Of a stretch of 64,000 nt of DNA, positions 60,001-64,000 are shown piece after piece. The DNA comes from Bugula neritina (lineage: Eukaryota > Animalia > Bryozoa), in the NCBI GenBank assembly GCA_964035545.1, contig OZ037772.1:8859150-8923149 (forward strand), given 5' to 3'. Within the stretch, counting starts at the first letter, position 1; the number at the start of each line of letters is the position of its first letter. The notes below the pieces were generated by a model, which did no database searches, was not told the origin of the DNA, and was given only the letters and a program-made list of their open reading frames with translations. Position numbers and translations under genes: made by a program.

Positions 60001-63000
60001 ATAAACTGCACCATGAAAAATAATAGTTATGCTGTCATGCATAGAACCATTCATAAATTCTAAAGATTGACCAGATTGAAAACTTTTTTTATATAAACTT
60101 ATACCATATATCATTTACAATTTAAGAATTTTGCTATTGTTATTAAACTCTTTTATAAATGTTACCTATATTGGTTTAGCAATCTTTTGCAAGTCAAATT
60201 AAATTATTTTTGAATTATTTTAAATTTTATGAATTAATAACTTACCAGGTTGTTTTCAGATCCATAAAAATTGACAAAGTACATTTTAAATATAAATATT
60301 ATGCAAAGAATTAAATAATTGACTTAATATGAATTTAGGTCAAGGAAAATTGGAGCCATTATTTGCTGCGGGACTATTGTGTTGAGTACAATAGCATCCA
60401 TAGTAGTTTCTCACGTCCAGAGATATCCATTTCTCTTCTCATTCAAGGCTAAGTTTGAGTTGTAAGTGCGCTTTGAGTAAAAATTGTTATTTTAAAAATT
60501 ATAATTTGTTATTAATTAAAATATCTAACTTAAAAATTGTGCTATCTTTTTTACCATTTTATCCAAATGTTTTTAAATCTATTCAATGTAAAAACTATAG
60601 TTTTAAACTAAATTTTGTATTTACAGTTTAACATTTTGCTATAATGTCCATTGAATTCAATCTTTTATGTCTATAATATACTTTCACTTTTACTACTGAT
60701 TTTTCTTTACTTGTATTTTTGTTGAAAGCAATCCTAACTACCAACCGAGCTTTCTGTCTTTCTACTTTGTACCCTGGGTGAGATACCAGCCATACGGAGT
60801 GGGACTTCTGACTGGTTACATCATATGGAAATTCAAAAATTCCAACTACAAAATTCCTAAGGTAGGATTAATTTCCTGGATGGTGTATAGCCATCATATA
60901 GTGATATATGCAGACTTCAATAAACATGATGTAGTGACAAATGCATAAAACCGTGATTGGATTTTCAGAGAAAAAAGCCGCAAAGATAATAAGGAATTAA
61001 CAAATTTTTGCACTAATAAACTTTGCAATAATTAAATTTATCTACAGTTTTATAGCACGTATACCAAAAACTATATTGGAGGATTATATAATTTTTTTCT
61101 AGGCTCTATTTTGTGACTTTTTAAAATTGAAATACTAAAGGTGCACACAGCTATATATAAGTTAAATTTGGTGTGTGTGTGTGTGTGTGTGTGCGTGCGC
61201 GTGCGTGTGCGTGTGCGTGTGCGTGTGCGTGTGCGTGAGCGGGTGCGTGTGCGTGTGTGTGTGCGTGTGCGTGGGCGTGTGCGTGTGCGTGCGCGTGCGT
61301 GTGCGCGTGTGCGTGTGCGTGTGCGTGTGCGTGTGCGTGTGCGTGAATATTCTATTACTGCATAAATGAAGGGTGTCAGTGATCGTTTAAAGTAGATATC
61401 ATAACTATTAGCTGATTCTGTATATAATAACAAAGTTAAATCATGTACCTGCTAAAAGAGTACAACTCTTAATTATAAAATATGTAATAGAGACATTGCA
61501 ACAGGTTCTATTGCTATCAACAATTGCTCTAAATATTATGTTTATATCGTTTAAACAGAGAGACTTATATTATATATTCATATATACTGTTATCTCGCTT
61601 AAACATAGCCTCAGAGAAATCATAATGTTGTAGAAGACAAACATCTTTCTCTGGTGCATAGCCACTTGCATGTGCTTGTCAGTGACATATGGGCCATACT
61701 CTGCCTACAGTGGAAATCACGCTATCTCTGTTGAGGAAAATGACTTGTACAATGGATTTGCGAGATTAAGCTGGGCGTTTGGTGTGGCTTGTGTTGTAGT
61801 GTCCTGTAGTCTGGGTCAGGGGGGTAAGAAATTGTAATACTAAGGCTATAGGAATGTGAAGAAAGAAAACGGAATGCATGTGCTATGTTTTATACTCTAA
61901 TAAACTCACGCAAGTTTATAGTCACTAGCCCTGTGAGAAACCCCTGATAGAAAAGGTTTTTGTTAAAGCGGGCTAAGGACTTATTTAAATGAGGCACAGG
62001 AGCAATTATGACTGGATGCTCTTCCTAGCATCACCTTGCAATGGCCTTTGTCTGGGCTCGAACCCATAACCTTCATGCTTACTCTAGGCAAACACTCTAA
62101 CCCCTAGACCACGGCTGCTCCCTGTTTTATACTCTAATATTTATAATAAAACAAAAGAAAAACCTGCTTTGAATAAGGCATTAAAAATAAAATGCTCTTT
62201 TTTTAGTTAAAATTATTTACTCGTGGTGCATATATAACTTCATAGAAAATACAATCTCTAAAATTTCCTAAATTTTATAAGTTTTAAAAATATTGAAATT
62301 AAACTCTGCATTTAAAAAAGTGTAAAAATGCTTTATACTTTTAACATCTGCTGTAAAACTTTTTGTCTTTGTATTTAGGTTGGATTAATGAATTTCTGTC
62401 ATGGAAAGGGTTTGTCCCATTAGCTAAGCTATCCTACTGCGTCTACCTCATTCATCTACCTATCATATACATCCTAGCCTATGGGTCAAGAAATGGGACT
62501 TACTATAGCTTTTTGACTTCTGTAAGCATACCTTTCCGCACTCTTTATTATTTAAACATTGATTTCTTGATTTTAACCTTCCGATCATTTGTATTCGTAG
62601 ACTGTAGCATGTAATAATGTACATACAATACAATATAAATAGCAACCCACGCATAAGTATTATACACAAGTAATAATAGTATAATGAGAATATATAAAAT
62701 AAAGCATAATATGATAGCATATTATTAATATTATTGTATGCAATGACATTAAATATACATGTATACACGCGCAATAATAAAATGAATAAGCTAAACAATA
62801 AATTGCATATAATCTAATAAAAATAGCAATATTATATTGTCAAATTTAATAAGATATTATTGTAAATATGCTGATATAAAGAACAATTCTTATAACAATG
62901 AGTATAATATTATATAAGTATTATTAACTCCATGAAATCTCTCCGTAATACCAATATTGGGGACAGTAACTCTTTTAATTCAATATCCTGTAATACTAAT

Positions 63001-63750
63001 AAGTTCCTGCATAGCTTCCTCATTAGAACAGCCCGTGAACTACGCACGGGAGAAACACTAGCAGACTAATAAAAAAAGACCTGAACATCCGATAGTTCCA
63101 CCTTTCCCCTATTTGGGGTCTTGAAACTAAATCAAGACAAGACAAGACAATATAAATGCATATTATATATGTAATAGTAAGAATAAGACACATAATATAA
63201 TATTAAATGCAATAATAATATATAAATAACAACATAAATAATAACTTATGCAAAAATTTATAAATTGTTACAAATTTATTAATATTACATATAGTTAATA
63301 TTTTCATTATAAATAAATTATTTTTCGTTAAGTACATAAATAGTAACATAAATAGCAATGTTCACAGAGATATATCAATAAAATTCACTAAAGCTGAGAA
63401 AAATGAAAAATATAAGATGTAATGTAAGCGAAGAAAATATTTTATTTAAATTATTTTTAAAGGTTGCGTAACATACTCTGCCTTTTAAAGTTTTATAACA
63501 TTTTTATTAGATATAAATTAAGCTTTTGTCTATGTTTTAGGGGACAGATGTAGTGACAATAATATCTCTATCATATCTCCTCTCAATCCCATTCTCAATA
63601 TTATTTGAGATTCCATTCATGAACCTCTTAAAGTTAGCTTACAGTAACGAATCCTGTAAAATCAAAGAGGGAGCAAAAGACAAACCAAGCAAAAACAATT
63701 GCAATAGATTCTACCAGTGTTTTATTTGTATGAATCAGCAAGAATACTAA
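54010..63750 (+). CDS. nrf-6: nrf-6-like O-acyltransferase, copy 4; complete, ~699 aa, most divergent copy
   Basis: Exons 54010-54133 ([20 protein letters not shown]...DWELSLYRP, homologous to NWESSLYQP of copy 2), 55114-55233, 55835-55977, 56500-56657, 56938-57071, 57776-57946, 58309-58510 (GC donor), 58991-59159, 59779-59858, 60339-60461, 60729-60861, 61634-61823, 62379-62521, 63541-63750. Total 2100 nt, in frame. Confidence 0.9.
56134..56325. repeat. Degenerate (TCTG)n
   Basis: Directly visible. Confidence 0.9.
56718..56877. repeat. (TG/CG) compound microsatellite
   Basis: Directly visible. Confidence 0.92.
57967..58207 (-). mobile_element. SINE family A copy (intron 6 of copy 4)
   Basis: 14-bp TSD GTTTAACTATCATA at 57953-57966 and 58208-58221. 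Confidence 0.85.
59191..59291 (-). mobile_element. tRNA-like short element family B
   Basis: Reverse complement reads GTAGTGTTGGG...CCCCTGTGGTGTAATGGTTAGCGC...GGTTCGAATCC. Weaker copies lie at ~32630-32725 and ~49100-49210. Confidence 0.7.
61171..61345. repeat. (TG)n/(GTGCGT)n microsatellite
   Basis: Directly visible. Confidence 0.95.
61903..62122 (-). mobile_element. SINE family A, near-consensus copy (intron 12 of copy 4)
   Basis: Perfect 17-bp TSD TGTTTTATACTCTAATA at 61886-61902 and 62123-62139. Confidence 0.92.
62930..63150 (+). mobile_element. Possible 3' end of a non-LTR retroelement with a (CAAGA)n tail
   Basis: GC-richer island in an AT-rich intron, with stem-loops CCCGTG-N7-CACGGG and CCCC-TATTT-GGGG, ending CAAGACAAGACAAGACAA. 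Confidence 0.4.
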
Positions 63751-64000
63751 TTTGAGTAATTTGAATTACTTTTAACTTTTATTGTTTTAGCTAAGACAAT
63801 ATATTTTCAATGCTTGAAACTGAAGTTTTTGATATATAAACTATGTGAATTAGATATGTATAGGGTTGGCCTTAGTAAGCTAATTATAGTCAACAATTAT
63901 CTCTATATATATACCAGTCTAATATTACATTACATTCTCAAATAATAAAAATAATTATAAAGAGCTTTCTGACAAGAGTTGCCCACTCTTGCCGCTAAAA

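Overview
This is AT-rich, intron-rich animal genomic DNA, probably from an invertebrate; the taxon cannot be determined from the sequence. It is dominated by a tandem array of four + strand, 14-exon nrf-6-like genes, each encoding a signal peptide, a Cys-rich NRF domain and a multi-pass acyltransferase-3 domain. Copy 1 lacks its first two exons (outside the window). Copies 2 (~701 aa) and 4 (~699 aa, one GC-AG intron) look intact. Copy 3 carries a Trp->TGA nonsense codon and a terminal frameshift. The paralogs are a patchwork of exon-scale gene-conversion tracts. The 17.7-kb spacer between copies 1 and 2 hides an F-type lectin (fucolectin) pseudogene that the ORF track does not reveal as such, four copies of an unexplained ~0.87-kb internally repeated unit, and a decayed Academ-type DNA transposon with a nested RTE-like LINE fragment. 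A second Academ relic sits just upstream of copy 3. Two tRNA-derived short interspersed families, several MITEs and many microsatellites fill the introns. Most ORFs in the supplied track are microsatellite artefacts or single exons. All alignments and translations were done by eye, and repeat boundaries are approximate.
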